DNA of 64,000 nt from Eledone cirrhosa (lineage: Eukaryota). Below are positions 27,296-43,244 of the stretch, in pieces. The stretch is taken from contig OZ024740.1 in the NCBI GenBank assembly GCA_964016885.1, positions 327,546,001 to 327,610,000 of the forward strand, in the 5' to 3' direction. Under the pieces are notes generated by a model. The model was not told the origin of the DNA. It worked only from the letters and a program-made list of their open reading frames with translations, and made no database searches. The position numbers and the translations under genes are program-made. How positions within the stretch are numbered: position 1 is the stretch's first letter; each line of letters starts with the position of its first letter.

Positions 27296-28156
27296 TCACT
27301 ATATTATTTCATTAGTAAAATTGCAAACTGTCAAAATCGTTAGAATATTAGATAAAATGTCGGTTTGTATTTTTCCCGGCTCTCTTCATTTTGAATTCAA
27401 ATTCGACCAAGACTTTCCCTTAAAATATTTAGTGAAATAACTAACTTTCAACTTAATAATAAACTACAAATACTTAACCAAAATCTAAAATTAACTGTTA
27501 TGTAATAAATAATAAGATGCGAATTCAATATTTGAATTTGAAAACTTTATTTGCAGTAGCAATAGAAGTATAAGAAAACTTTATTTGCAGTAGCAATAGA
27601 AGCATAAGAAAAAAAAAACAGATAATAAAAGTTGTGTTGTATACAAAAATAAAAGCGAGCTTAAACATGTTTTATTAAAAAGTAAATATTTGCATAACCA
27701 AATGTTTGGTTTACACTTTTTAGAAAATGTAATTATAGATGTAATTATGAACTGAAAATATTCGTAAAAAAATATTTTTTTAAATATAGATAACTATTTA
27801 AATGAAACAATTCCTAATATCTCTGGACAACCACCTACGAAATAATGATAATGTGTATTTTTCTTTCTAAATTCCTGTATAAGATTTACTCTCGTGATAA
27901 AATAAAACTTTCACAAAACATTCCACTTTTCAAATGTCATACGGGTAAAACTACTAAAGATTATACATATATAATCGCCTCTAGGTGTACGTATGAAAGT
28001 CAAAGTCGACCCCAGCTGGAGTTTAGGCAAAAACCCTGCTATTTTGTACTCCCTAATACTTTAATTGTTGACGTTTCTTGCATAAATCAGAACCTTGAGG
28101 ATTTTAGAGGACATGAAAGATAGCTTTGTTTGTATGCTTATTATTACAGCAATAAA

Positions 28157-28345
28157 GGCGGTGGATTGGCAGTATCGGTAGAGGGTACGACGCCATGCTT
28201 TGCAGCAAAGAGTTACGGCCCTTTATGGTCTGAGTTCAAATCCGGCCAAGGTTAACTTTGCCTTTCATCCTTACGGGATCGATAAAATAAAGTACCAGTA
28301 ATGTACTGGGTACTTGCTGGCCTTGTGCCAAAAGTAGAAACAATT
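28157..28345 (+). mobile_element. Full-length tRNA-type SINE with 18-bp TSD
   Basis: B box gagttcaaatcc, core gcctttcatccttacgggatcgataaaataaagtacc; TSD attattacagcaataaag at 28140-28157 and 28343-28360. Confidence 0.85.
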
Positions 28346-29892
28346 ATTACAGCAATAAAGATAGTATTTTTTGTTGTTAATTAGACCCGGGTTTAATTCT
28401 AATCTAAAGTGTTCTAAACTGAAATCATCCGGGGTTTTTTACTCGTATAGTCTACATAATATATGTCATTCATATTTTAACTATAGGTTCTATTTGTGAA
28501 GGATTTCATTGCTGCCTCTCAGCATTTGATCAACAGAGTAGAAGAAGCCTCGATGGCTCGTGGGAGAAAAGTGATGGAATGTATTAGCTGATTAATGAGA
28601 AATCAAATATGGAAACGATACATTTCATAAGCCATATAAAGAACTACAATGAGAATTCTAAAAGGGGGGTAAATGGCCTTTAACTCCTGGTGAAATCGTA
28701 GGGGCGGGAACCCACCTCACACAAGGCCTATCTTGGACCTTTTTAAACTTGTCGAATTCCATCTTTCTCCAGGTTTGAACACAGCCGATTCCTTCCCGAG
28801 AGAAACTCAACCCCTGTTTTGGACTAGTACTCTATTTATCAACCTCGAAAGGGTTGAGATATGCATTCCGTTCGCAGTGACATATACCGATTCATTTTTA
28901 ATCCGACACCCTAACGACTCTGTCTACTCGCTGTCTTAAGGACAAGTGTATGAAAATGATCATAGAATGTCGAAAAGAACAAGAGACTGGTTATATAACA
29001 GTTATTCATAAAATCAGGCTGTGTTTTGGTTTTCATTACAATTTAAGAAAATAGAACTATTTTCTGCCATGCTCAACTTAAATATAGATGCAACGAAACA
29101 ATATTTTTCCTTTTAAAGCAAAATACATCACATCCTAATTCTGAGACGGCGCCCGTATGACATTCTGCAAGAGAGTAGGCATCAGAATATTTAATACATT
29201 GAACATTAAAAAGCTAGACTAGAATAATATATGCGGTCAAAAAAATAACAATAATCGATTATTAATAGTATTTTTTAGTTTTTCCAACAAGTACGAGAAA
29301 ACTGTAGATACGTTTTGGCACGTTTTTCTTTTACCATCATTAACAGAGAAATGAAAAAGATATATTTTTTTCTCACAACTTTAGTTTCTTAATATTCTGT
29401 ATACTTAATATGCTGATAAGCTCGTATACTTTCCAATATATATTAATTTGTTAACGCCGGAAAGCAGGAAGTTAATCCTAATAGAATTTAAAATCAAAAC
29501 AGAGGAACACAACCAAATATCCCAAGGGATTTTTCCTGGCGGTCTAATGATCCTGTCATCCAGCACCCTTGTGTACTTTCTACTATCAGCAAGGTGAACT
29601 GATAAACCCGAGATAGCAGATTTCAAATAAATATTTAGTAAAAGACGTTGATAATGAGTGGAATGGTTTCACTAAACGATTTGGGAATATGTGGAACGGA
29701 TTAATCGTTACTAAGAGATAGACCAAGATAATGAAATTTAAGCAAAATGTTTAGATAGACTTTCCCTATTCAAAAGATTTGCTTCGTCAAATTAATTGCT
29801 TCCATCACAAGCTGATTGTCTGGTACATTTCAAAGAATTGAAGGAAGCTGATTCAACATTTGTTTCCTTTATATATATATAATACATATATA

Positions 29893-29994
<102 letters not shown>

Positions 29995-30008
29995 TATATA
30001 TATATACA

Positions 30009-30063
<55 letters not shown>

Positions 30064-30710
30064 CATATATACACATATATATATATATACACATATATAT
30101 ATACACACATATATATATACACACATATATATATACACACATATATATATACACATATATATATATATACATATATACACATATATATATACATATATAC
30201 ACATATATATATACATATATATACATATATACACATATATATATACATATATACACACATATATATATATATATACATATATACATACATATATATACAT
30301 ATATACACATATATATATATATACATATATACACATATATATATATACATATATACATACATATATATACATATACACATATATATATATACATATATAC
30401 ATATATACATATATATATATATATAGACATATATATATACACATATATACACATATATATATATATACATATATACACATATATATATATACATATATAC
30501 ACATATATATATACATATATACACATATATATATACATATATACACATATATATATACATATATACACATATATATATATACATATATACACATATATAT
30601 ATATACATATATACACATATATATATATACATATATACACATATATATATACACATATACACATATATATATATACACATATATATATACATATATACAC
30701 ATATATATAT

Positions 30711-30748
<38 letters not shown>

Positions 30749-31177
30749 ATATATATACATATATACACATATATATATACACATATATATACACATATAT
30801 ATATATACATATATATACATATATATATATACATATATACACAGATATATATACATATATACACATATATATATACATATATATATATACACATATATAT
30901 ATACACATATATATATACACTTATATATACACATATATATACACATATGTATACACATATATATATACATACACATATATATACACATATATATACACAT
31001 ATATATAAACATATACACATATATATACACATATATATACACATATATATATACACATATATATACACATATACACATATATATACACATATATATACAT
31101 ATACACATATACACATATATATACACATATATATACACATATATATACATATACACATATATATATATATATACACA

Positions 31178-31211
<34 letters not shown>

Positions 31212-31279
31212 CACATATATATATATACACATATATATACACATATATATATATACACATATATATACACACATATATA

Positions 31280-31888
31280 TGGTGGCTGCCAACTCGTTTT
31301 CGAGTACGGCCACTACTTTATATCCATGTAAGAGAACCCCTACCGATGCGCTGAACGAGTGTGACTTTTTAGTCCAGCCAGCGTATTGAAAACTCCGGTA
31401 CAAACACTACACTTGTGACAATTATTGACACATAGTGCTGGGCCCATGGTACCATGTGAGGACAAGTGCAGAGAGATCTCCAGATATAAAGCAATGCCTG
31501 TGCCGTGAAGCTTTTATAGTGAGCAAAGAACACTGCACAAAGCCAGTCCCACTCTCTTAACCAAGATGATATTTACCAAAAAGAAGAACAAGTCAACATC
31601 ATTGGATACCATCAGGGTTGCAGGTGTTATATCAGAGTTTTCCTTCTCCTAGAATTCTGCTTTGACAAAGGCTAAGTGGTCATCTCTCCCGGTGATTTTG
31701 GATGGCCATTGACTCTTAAGAGCTCCTTTGCCCTTTGACAGGTTTTGTTTTTAGTCCTGCAGGATGTCCAAAGTCACCCTCCTCACCAAGAAACCTTGGT
31801 GCGGTTGCCAGTTTAGTCGCCAATGTCCCGACCATGAGACAGGTTGTACTGGGATACATGTTACCAGTAGCACCAACTGGTGACCTGA
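31280..31888 (-). mobile_element. Non-autonomous RTE-related element, copy 2, in (TA)n
   Basis: Collinear with 19398-19905. Confidence 0.55.
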
Positions 31889-31987
31889 CACATATATATA
31901 TATATACACATATATACACACATATATATATACACATATATACACATATATATACAGATATATATATATACACATATATATATATAC

Positions 31988-32020
<33 letters not shown>

Positions 32021-32169
32021 CATATATATATACATATATATATACATATATATACACATATATATATACATATATATACAGATATATATATATATACATA
32101 TATATATACATATATATACACATATATATATACATATATATACACATATATATATACATATATATACAC

Positions 32170-32204
<35 letters not shown>

Positions 32205-32427
32205 CATATATATATACATATATATATAAATATACATATATATACACATATATATACACATATATATATACATACATATATATATACATATATATACACA
32301 TATATATATATATATACATACATATATATATACATACATATATATACATATATATATATACATATATATATACATATATATACACATACATATATATATA
32401 TACATATATATACACATATATATATAC

Positions 32428-32462
<35 letters not shown>

Positions 32463-32530
32463 CATATATATATGCATATATATATACATATATATATATA
32501 CATATATATATATATACATACATATATATA

Positions 32531-34379
32531 TAAGAATTAAAATACTAGAGTGTGTTGGAGTTAAACACCCTCTTCATATTATAGAAATGACAGTATAAGA
32601 TATAACTCAATGTAATTAAACAGAGCCGAAGAATTATAAAAAAATAAACCAAAGAAGCCTTCAATACATCAAAAGTCTTTATTAGCCAACAATGTTTCGT
32701 CCTATTAAGGACTCATCAGGGCAAGTAAAGCTACAAGAAGCACTATCGGCCAATACAAGCCAAAAAGAATAGGGAGTATACATCTATTAAAGCTTAAGAA
32801 AGATATCAAGGAAAAGTTTGCTAAGATTAAGAGTGAGCAGTTACAAACATAGATATAGACCAAATAGCAAGGAAGTGAGTAACATGTTGAACCCACATTG
32901 CAAATATTGTATAATGCAAAAACTTGAAACACAAATGGTAATATAATGCGAGAATTACAGTACGATATAGAATATAATATAATATAATGGATGGTGATAA
33001 TAAAAAGCTTAATATATGTATATATATATATATATCCATACATATACACAATAGTACAAACACAAACTAACACTTATTAAGTATTTAAATATATATATAT
33101 ATATATTGTTTACAGTATTATATAATAAAGATAAAAACAAGAATAAAGATAAAAATAAAAATAAAATATAATATATAATTCCCTGTCAGTGTGCATAAAC
33201 AATATAAAAACATTATAATAACATTATAATAACAATATTATAATATATTGGCATCAAAAGATATACAAAATTACATCATACATATAATTCAAGGTTAACA
33301 AATAGTATAAAGTTTTACACAGGGTAAGAAAAAAATATCATATAGAACTAAATTGTGTTGAAAAAATATCTATACCATTGTAACAAATACACGGAGGTCA
33401 AGTCATTTTACATTGGCATAAATATTACCAAAATATCACAAAATATTACAAAATATAACAGAACAGTACCTCAAATAACAGACATATATTAAAATCTATA
33501 ATACGATTACATAAAAATGATATGATATAACAACGTTAATATCAAATAGCAAACAGAGTCTAAGGAAATGCTTAATATATATATTTACGTGGTTGACATA
33601 CACAGACATATATTAATGAAATTACATGAATCAGACAGACAGCGTGTGGTAGTAAAAAAATATATTAAATAAACCGAAGATCGAAAAACAAAAACAAGTA
33701 TATTTACTTAGGTGTCACATGCGGTTAAGTAAAAGAAAAAAAGATAGAAATGTAAACCGGAGAATTGACTAGAAAACCTTTTTAAATTAATTAATATTAA
33801 AAGTATTTAAAATACATATTTACTCACTTCAAAATTGGCTAGAGTTTAAGTCATCAAAATCGTATAAGTTTAAGATATCTCAATAAAATTATCAAGAATA
33901 GAATAAAATATGCTCCGTTCAGTCGAATAACGTTATCAAATAAAAGGACTCTAAATAGAACTATGGTAGACCAATGGGAACAGAAAGAAGAGAGGTTATG
34001 GAGGATAGGACGGAGCATAAAGGTAAAATCAATATATTATATAATATCATAAAAAGGAGCATAAAGGTGAAATTTATATTTAGTATAATAGAAGGGGCGA
34101 ATATTAAGTATGTAGAGGAGGAGGTTCATTAGTTGAATGAGACTCCAAACAAAGTATTTAATAAGATGTTTCGGTTATTTGTTGGAGATTTCTTCATAGA
34201 AGCCTTATTCTTATAGCCTGGTCTATTCGATTTTTTATATAGTTAATTATGCTAATTGGGAGAGGAAATTGTATATATTTTATCTGGTGATTCTATAGAC
34301 ATGTTTTATGATATATAGCTCTGATTATTTAATTTATTAACTTTTCATTGAGCCACAAAGTGATCTGTTGCAAAACACG

Positions 34380-34380
<1 letters not shown>
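32531..34380 (-). mobile_element. PLE 3' region / pLTR remnant with HHR
   Basis: HHR at 32685-32722; 33.7-34.1 kb is homologous (inverted) to 63.6-64.0 kb; TA flanks. Confidence 0.6.
32685..32722 (-). ncRNA. Minimal type-I hammerhead ribozyme
   Basis: gcc CUGAUGA gtcct-taat-aggac GAAA cattg UU ggc. Confidence 0.85.
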
Positions 34381-34422
<42 letters not shown>

Positions 34423-34426
<4 letters not shown>

Positions 34427-34615
34427 TTAATATAGATGAGATTCTACAGGACTAGAACTGTTTCATTCATTAGAAGTCATCAGGATTCCTGATGATTTCT
34501 AATGAATGAAACAGTTCTAGTCCTGTAGAATCTCATCTATATTAAAACTGTTATACTCTGCTATGTATTGAGTACCTTACTTACTGTGGTTACCTCCGAT
34601 TCAACCCGGAATAAC

Positions 34616-34616
<1 letters not shown>
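34423..34616 (+). mobile_element. Mini PLE-type insert with a 127-bp palindrome and HHR-like cores
   Basis: Palindrome 34423-34549; caggatt c CUGAUGA tttc-taat-gaat GAAA ... agtcctg (stem III imperfect). Confidence 0.65.
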
Positions 34617-34653
<37 letters not shown>

Positions 34654-35287
34654 ATATGTAATAATCTCCCATTAGGTTGAGATACAAGTTTGGCTGTATT
34701 GTGCTGTGCTTTCTAGCAAAAAGCCAGCAGCCATAAGTAACTACCACACTCCTTCCAACCTGACCGCTGCTACGTCACGATTCTTGGCCATTTTTGAATG
34801 TATTCTTGGCGCGATCACTTTGGAAAAGTTATTGTCTAGATTAGAGCAAACTCCTGAAGAATCCGATGCTCGAATTTCCGAAGATATTGGAAATCTCAAA
34901 ATGCGGACGAAACCATGGTAGAGATAAATAAATGTATTCTCTTTTCTCCTAGTTTATTTTACACCTAATTCTGTTTAATTGACTGTATCTGGGCGATTAC
35001 GCTGTCGAAATATTCGATAATTATTCCGTCGTAGCCGAGGCGAAGGGCTAGTTTCGGTTATTTGTTGGAGATTTCTTCATAGAAGCCTTATTCTTATAGC
35101 CTGGTCTATTCGATTTTTTATATAGTTAATTATGCTGATTGGGAGAGGAAATGGTATATATTTTATCTGGTGATTCTATAGACATGTTTTATGATATACA
35201 TATATATATATATATATACAATTATATACATATACATATATATATACATTTATATACATATATATATATATACATATATTTATATAA

Positions 35288-35374
<87 letters not shown>

Positions 35375-35375
35375 C

Positions 35376-35502
<127 letters not shown>

Positions 35503-35533
35503 CATATATATACATATATATATATACATATAC

Positions 35534-35564
<31 letters not shown>

Positions 35565-35953
35565 CATATATATATACACATATATATATACACATATATA
35601 TATACACATATATATACACATATATATATACACATATATATATACACATATATATATACACATATATATATACACATATATATTAGAAAGTGAGGTTTTT
35701 TGGGGGGTTTTTTACGAAATGAGGTTATATATATATACACATATATATATATACATATATATATACACATATATATATACACATGTATATATACAGATAT
35801 ATATATACATATATATATATACATATATACATATACATATATACATATATATATATGTATACATATATACATATATACATATATATCATATACATATATA
35901 CATATATATATATACATATATACATATATATATATACATATAGATATATATAC

Positions 35954-35984
<31 letters not shown>

Positions 35985-36624
35985 CATATATACATGTATA
36001 TATATATACATATAGATATATACATATATATATACATATATATACATATAAATATATATACATATAGATATATATACATATATATATATACATATATATA
36101 TACACATATATATATACATATATATATATATATACATATATACATATATATATACATATATATATATACATATATAGACATATATATACATATACGTATA
36201 TATATACATATATATATACATATATATATACATAAATATATACATATATACATACATATATACATATACATATATATATATATACATATATACATATATA
36301 CATATATACATATACATATAGATATATACATATACATATATATATATATACATATATATATACATATATATATACACATATATATATACATATATACATA
36401 TATATATATACATATATATATACACATATATATATACATATATATATATACATATATACATATACATATATACATATATATATATACATATATACATATA
36501 CATATATACATATACATATATACATATATATATATATACATATACATATATATATATACATATATATACATATATATATACATATATATATATACATATA
36601 TATATACATATATATAAACTTATA

Positions 36625-36658
<34 letters not shown>

Positions 36659-37404
36659 CACATATATATACACATATATGTATACACATATATACATATA
36701 TATATACATATATATAAATACAAATATATATATATAAATACATATATATATATACATATATATACATATATATATATATACATATATATACATATATATA
36801 TATACATATATATATATACATGTACATATATACATATATATATATACATATATATATATACATATATATATATATACATATATACATATATATATATACA
36901 TATATACATAGATATATGTACATATATACATATATACATAGATATATGTACATATATACATATACATATATACATATATATATATATACATATATACATA
37001 TACATATATACATATATATATATACACATATATATATACATATATACATATATATATACACATACATATATACATATATACATATATATATACACATACA
37101 TATATACATTTATATATATACACATATTTTATATACATATATATATGTACACATATACATATACATATATACATATATATATACACATATATATATATAC
37201 ATATATACATACACATATATATATTTACATATATACATATACATATATATATTTACATATATACATATACATATATATATTTACATATATACATATACAT
37301 ATATATATTTACATATATACATATATATATATACACATATATATATATATATATACATATATACATATATATATATACACATATATATATATATACATAT
37401 ATAC

Positions 37405-37435
<31 letters not shown>

Positions 37436-37478
37436 CATATATATATATATACATATATATATACATATATATATATAC

Positions 37479-37523
<45 letters not shown>

Positions 37524-37628
37524 CATATATACATATATACATATATATATACATATATATATATACATTTATATATATACATATATATATACATATATAT
37601 ACATATACATATATATATATACATATAC

Positions 37629-37659
<31 letters not shown>

Positions 37660-38106
37660 CATATATATATATACATATATATAAATACATATATATACAT
37701 ATATATATATACATATATATGTATACATATATATATACATATATATATATACATATATATATATACATATATATATATACATATATATATACATATATAT
37801 ATACATATATACATATATTTATACATATGTATATACATATATTTATACATATATATATATATACATATACATATATACATATATTTATACATATATATAT
37901 ATACATATATTTATATACATATATATAGATATATATACATATATATATATACATATATTTATATACATATATATACATATATATATATACATATATTTAT
38001 ATACATATATATATATACATATATATATATACATATATTTATATACATATATATACATATATATATACATATATATATATACACATATTTATATACATAT
38101 ATATAC

Positions 38107-38159
<53 letters not shown>

Positions 38160-38160
38160 C

Positions 38161-38275
<115 letters not shown>

Positions 38276-38333
38276 AATATATATATATATACATAAATTT
38301 ATATACATATATATATATATACATATATATATA

Positions 38334-38688
<355 letters not shown>

Positions 38689-38689
38689 C

Positions 38690-38749
<60 letters not shown>

Positions 38750-38874
38750 ATATATACATATATATATATACATATATATATATACATATATATATATACA
38801 TATATTTATATACATATATATACATATATATATACACATATATATATACACATATTTATATACATATATATACA

Positions 38875-38922
<48 letters not shown>

Positions 38923-38923
38923 C

Positions 38924-39052
<129 letters not shown>

Positions 39053-39108
39053 AATATATATATATATACATATATTTATATACATATATATATATACATA
39101 TATATATA

Positions 39109-39345
39109 TAACTTTGAATAACTTTGAAATGTTTTGGCCAGTATTGGCCCAGGCAATGTCTAACTTAATAGCACCACCAGGCGAAGTCTTTCACCTCAGG
39201 GTGTGGGCACCATGGCCCATTCGAGAAGAGAATTACTGATTGCGGAGACATATCCGGGTGTGGGTGGTTTGTCCTGGATTACTTGAAGGAATTTGTCCAA
39301 AGACTTCTTGAATATTGTGTGGTCAGTTTCTGTTTTGACGAGTCA
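39109..39345 (-). mobile_element. 237-bp 3'-end copy of the CR1-group LINE
   Basis: Same boundaries as the 38334 copy. Confidence 0.9.
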
Positions 39346-39374
39346 CATATATATATATATATATACATATATAC

Positions 39375-39455
<81 letters not shown>

Positions 39456-39631
39456 TATACATATATATATAAATATATATATATACATATATATATACAT
39501 ATATATACATATATATATACATATATATACATATATATATACATGTATATATATATGTATATATATGTATATATATATGTATATATATGTATATATATAT
39601 GTATATATATATATTTATATATATATGTATA

Positions 39632-39720
<89 letters not shown>

Positions 39721-39723
39721 GTA

Positions 39724-39781
<58 letters not shown>

Positions 39782-39786
<5 letters not shown>

Positions 39787-39899
39787 CGTCAAAACAGAAA
39801 CTGACCACACAATATTCAAGAAGTCTTTGGACAAATTCCTTCAAGTAATCCCGGACAAACCACCCACACCCGGATATGTCTCCGCAACCAGTAATTCTC

Positions 39900-39900
<1 letters not shown>
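39782..39900 (+). mobile_element. Inverted partial copy of the 237-bp unit
   Basis: Reverse complement of 39227-39345. Confidence 0.9.
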
Positions 39901-39934
<34 letters not shown>

Positions 39935-39951
39935 CTATTATATATATATAT

Positions 39952-39990
<39 letters not shown>

Positions 39991-40009
39991 TATATACATA
40001 TATTTATAC

Positions 40010-40056
<47 letters not shown>

Positions 40057-40064
40057 TATATTAC

Positions 40065-40097
<33 letters not shown>

Positions 40098-40209
40098 AAT
40101 ATATTATATACATATATATATATACATATATATATATATACATATATATATATACATATATATACATATATATATATGTATACATATATATATATACATA
40201 TATATATAC

Positions 40210-40290
<81 letters not shown>

Positions 40291-40589
40291 CATATATATA
40301 TACATATATTTATATACATATATATATATACATATATTCATATACATATATATATATACATATATATACATATATTCATATACATATATATATATACATA
40401 TATATATATATACATATATATATATACATATATATATATACATATATTTATATACATATATATATATATAGATATACATATATATATATATATATATATA
40501 CATATATTTATATACATATATATATACATATATGTAAGTATGTGTGTATACGTACATACATATATGTATACAGACGTACAGTAGCATGC

Positions 40590-41338
40590 ATATATATATA
40601 TATATACACATATATACATACAGGTACACATACATATATGCACGTATCAGTTTAGCAGACGCTTATTATAACGCCGCTTTGTTCGTTTGTAAACAAACTG
40701 AACAGCCTGAATTTTTATGCCGTACGCTGTTAAGGCAACCACGTCACCTTTTTGTTCAACACTGACACAGGAACGATGTACTAGTTTCAAGCTTGTTAGC
40801 TATCATCAGCACAATATACCCATCTGCCAGATAGTTGAACGTTCGAAAGTATATACTTTCCTTATGAAAATTAACGGCTGAGCAGCCTAATTTGCATATC
40901 GAGTGTGTGTTTATGTGTTTATCAAATAGATAAATAGATAAATGAACATAAACACACACAGACACCCGGATGTGGCGCATGCGCAAACTGAGCACACAAC
41001 ACACACACAGAAACAAAATGGCGTAGGACAGAGAAAAAAGGAGAGGCACAGAAACAAAGAAAGGAATCCCCAGTCACTGAAGAGGTCACAGAGTGTGTGA
41101 CGAAAGGACTATGACTATATATAAACAACTATCTGGTTGTGGAACCAACCAACCAACCAGAAATTTATAAATTTATAGATTTGTGAATTTGTAAATTTAT
41201 AAATATATAATAAATTCAAGTGAACAACTGGTGCGTGTGTTTCTTATTGGCAACATGACCCTCCCAAAGTATAACAATATCGGTTTCAACACACGATTTC
41301 AGATAAAGAATCTTGCTAAACAAATTCAGAAACGACAG
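40590..41338 (+). mobile_element. PLE pLTR-like insert with HHR and ORF start
   Basis: HHR at 41072-41116, then [15 protein letters not shown]... running into (TA)n. Confidence 0.65.
41072..41116 (+). ncRNA. Type-I hammerhead ribozyme
   Basis: agtca CUGAAGA g gtcaca-gagtg-tgtgac GAAA ggac UA tgact. Confidence 0.8.
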
Positions 41339-41340
41339 TA

Positions 41341-41392
<52 letters not shown>

Positions 41393-41403
41393 CATATATA
41401 TAC

Positions 41404-41434
<31 letters not shown>

Positions 41435-41450
41435 CATATATATATATACG

Positions 41451-41522
<72 letters not shown>

Positions 41523-41576
41523 CATATATATACATATATATATATACATATATAATTATATATATATATACATATA

Positions 41577-41666
<90 letters not shown>

Positions 41667-41667
41667 C

Positions 41668-41712
<45 letters not shown>

Positions 41713-41753
41713 CATATATATATATATACATATATATATACATTTATATATAC

Positions 41754-41834
<81 letters not shown>

Positions 41835-41865
41835 TTATATATACATATATATATATATTATATGC

Positions 41866-41964
<99 letters not shown>

Positions 41965-41987
41965 TTATATACATATATATATACATA

Positions 41988-42062
<75 letters not shown>

Positions 42063-42070
42063 TTATATAC

Positions 42071-42123
<53 letters not shown>

Positions 42124-42150
42124 AATATATATACATATATATATACATAT

Positions 42151-42316
42151 ATATATAAGATCAAAAGATGGTTAAATGAGTTCCATGTATACATGGAACT
42201 CATTTAACCATCTTTTGATCTTATATATTATGTATACTCCAGTCCTACAAACTGTAGAGTGCTTCTTATCCGATATCTGCATTGCTTTATTGTACTACAA
42301 TAAAACTCACCTGCTA
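42151..42316 (+). mobile_element. Fold-back mini-insert of the 54.5-55.6 kb HHR family
   Basis: 78-bp perfect palindrome 42151-42228; 42190-42316 matches the reverse complement of 54490-54617. Confidence 0.8.
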
Positions 42317-42317
42317 C

Positions 42318-42352
<35 letters not shown>

Positions 42353-42399
42353 TGTATACACATATATATATACATATACATATATATACATATATATAC

Positions 42400-42430
<31 letters not shown>

Positions 42431-42493
42431 CATATATATACATAAATATATATATACATATATATACATATATAAATATATACATATATATAA

Positions 42494-42576
<83 letters not shown>

Positions 42577-42589
42577 CATATATATATAG

Positions 42590-42785
42590 AGAGAATTAGT
42601 ACATCTACCAACATATGCGTACAGATGTACACTAATGCTATCAAATATATAAGTAATGTCATAGTACCTAGGTGGTTCTATGCAGGGGGATGCAGAACAA
42701 TTATATGAAAGACGTAAAATAAGAAAATTTTAAAAATTAAAAATTAACTTACTTAATTTTTAAAATTTTCTTATGTTACGTCTTT

Positions 42786-42789
<4 letters not shown>
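42590..42789 (-). mobile_element. Fold-back mini-insert of the 52.3-52.8 kb HHR family
   Basis: Homologous to 52300-52457; inverted arms 42704-42740 and 42753-42789. Confidence 0.75.
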
Positions 42790-42827
<38 letters not shown>

Positions 42828-42832
42828 TATAC

Positions 42833-42885
<53 letters not shown>

Positions 42886-42912
42886 CATATATACATATAC
42901 ATATATATATAC

Positions 42913-42981
<69 letters not shown>

Positions 42982-42993
42982 CATATACATATA

Positions 42994-43024
<31 letters not shown>

Positions 43025-43244
43025 GTACATATATATATATACACATATATATATACACATATATATATACACATATATATATACATATATATATACATAT
43101 ATATATACATATATATATATACATATATATACATATATATATATACATATATATATATAACTTTGAATAACTTTGAAATGTTTTGGCCAGTATTGGCCCA
43201 GGCCATGTCTAACTTAATAGCACCACCTGGCGAAGTCTTTCAAT

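Noticed and set aside
27541-27612. 34-bp tandem duplication as a CRISPR-like repeat
   Set aside because: Two adjacent copies, no spacers, eukaryotic context.
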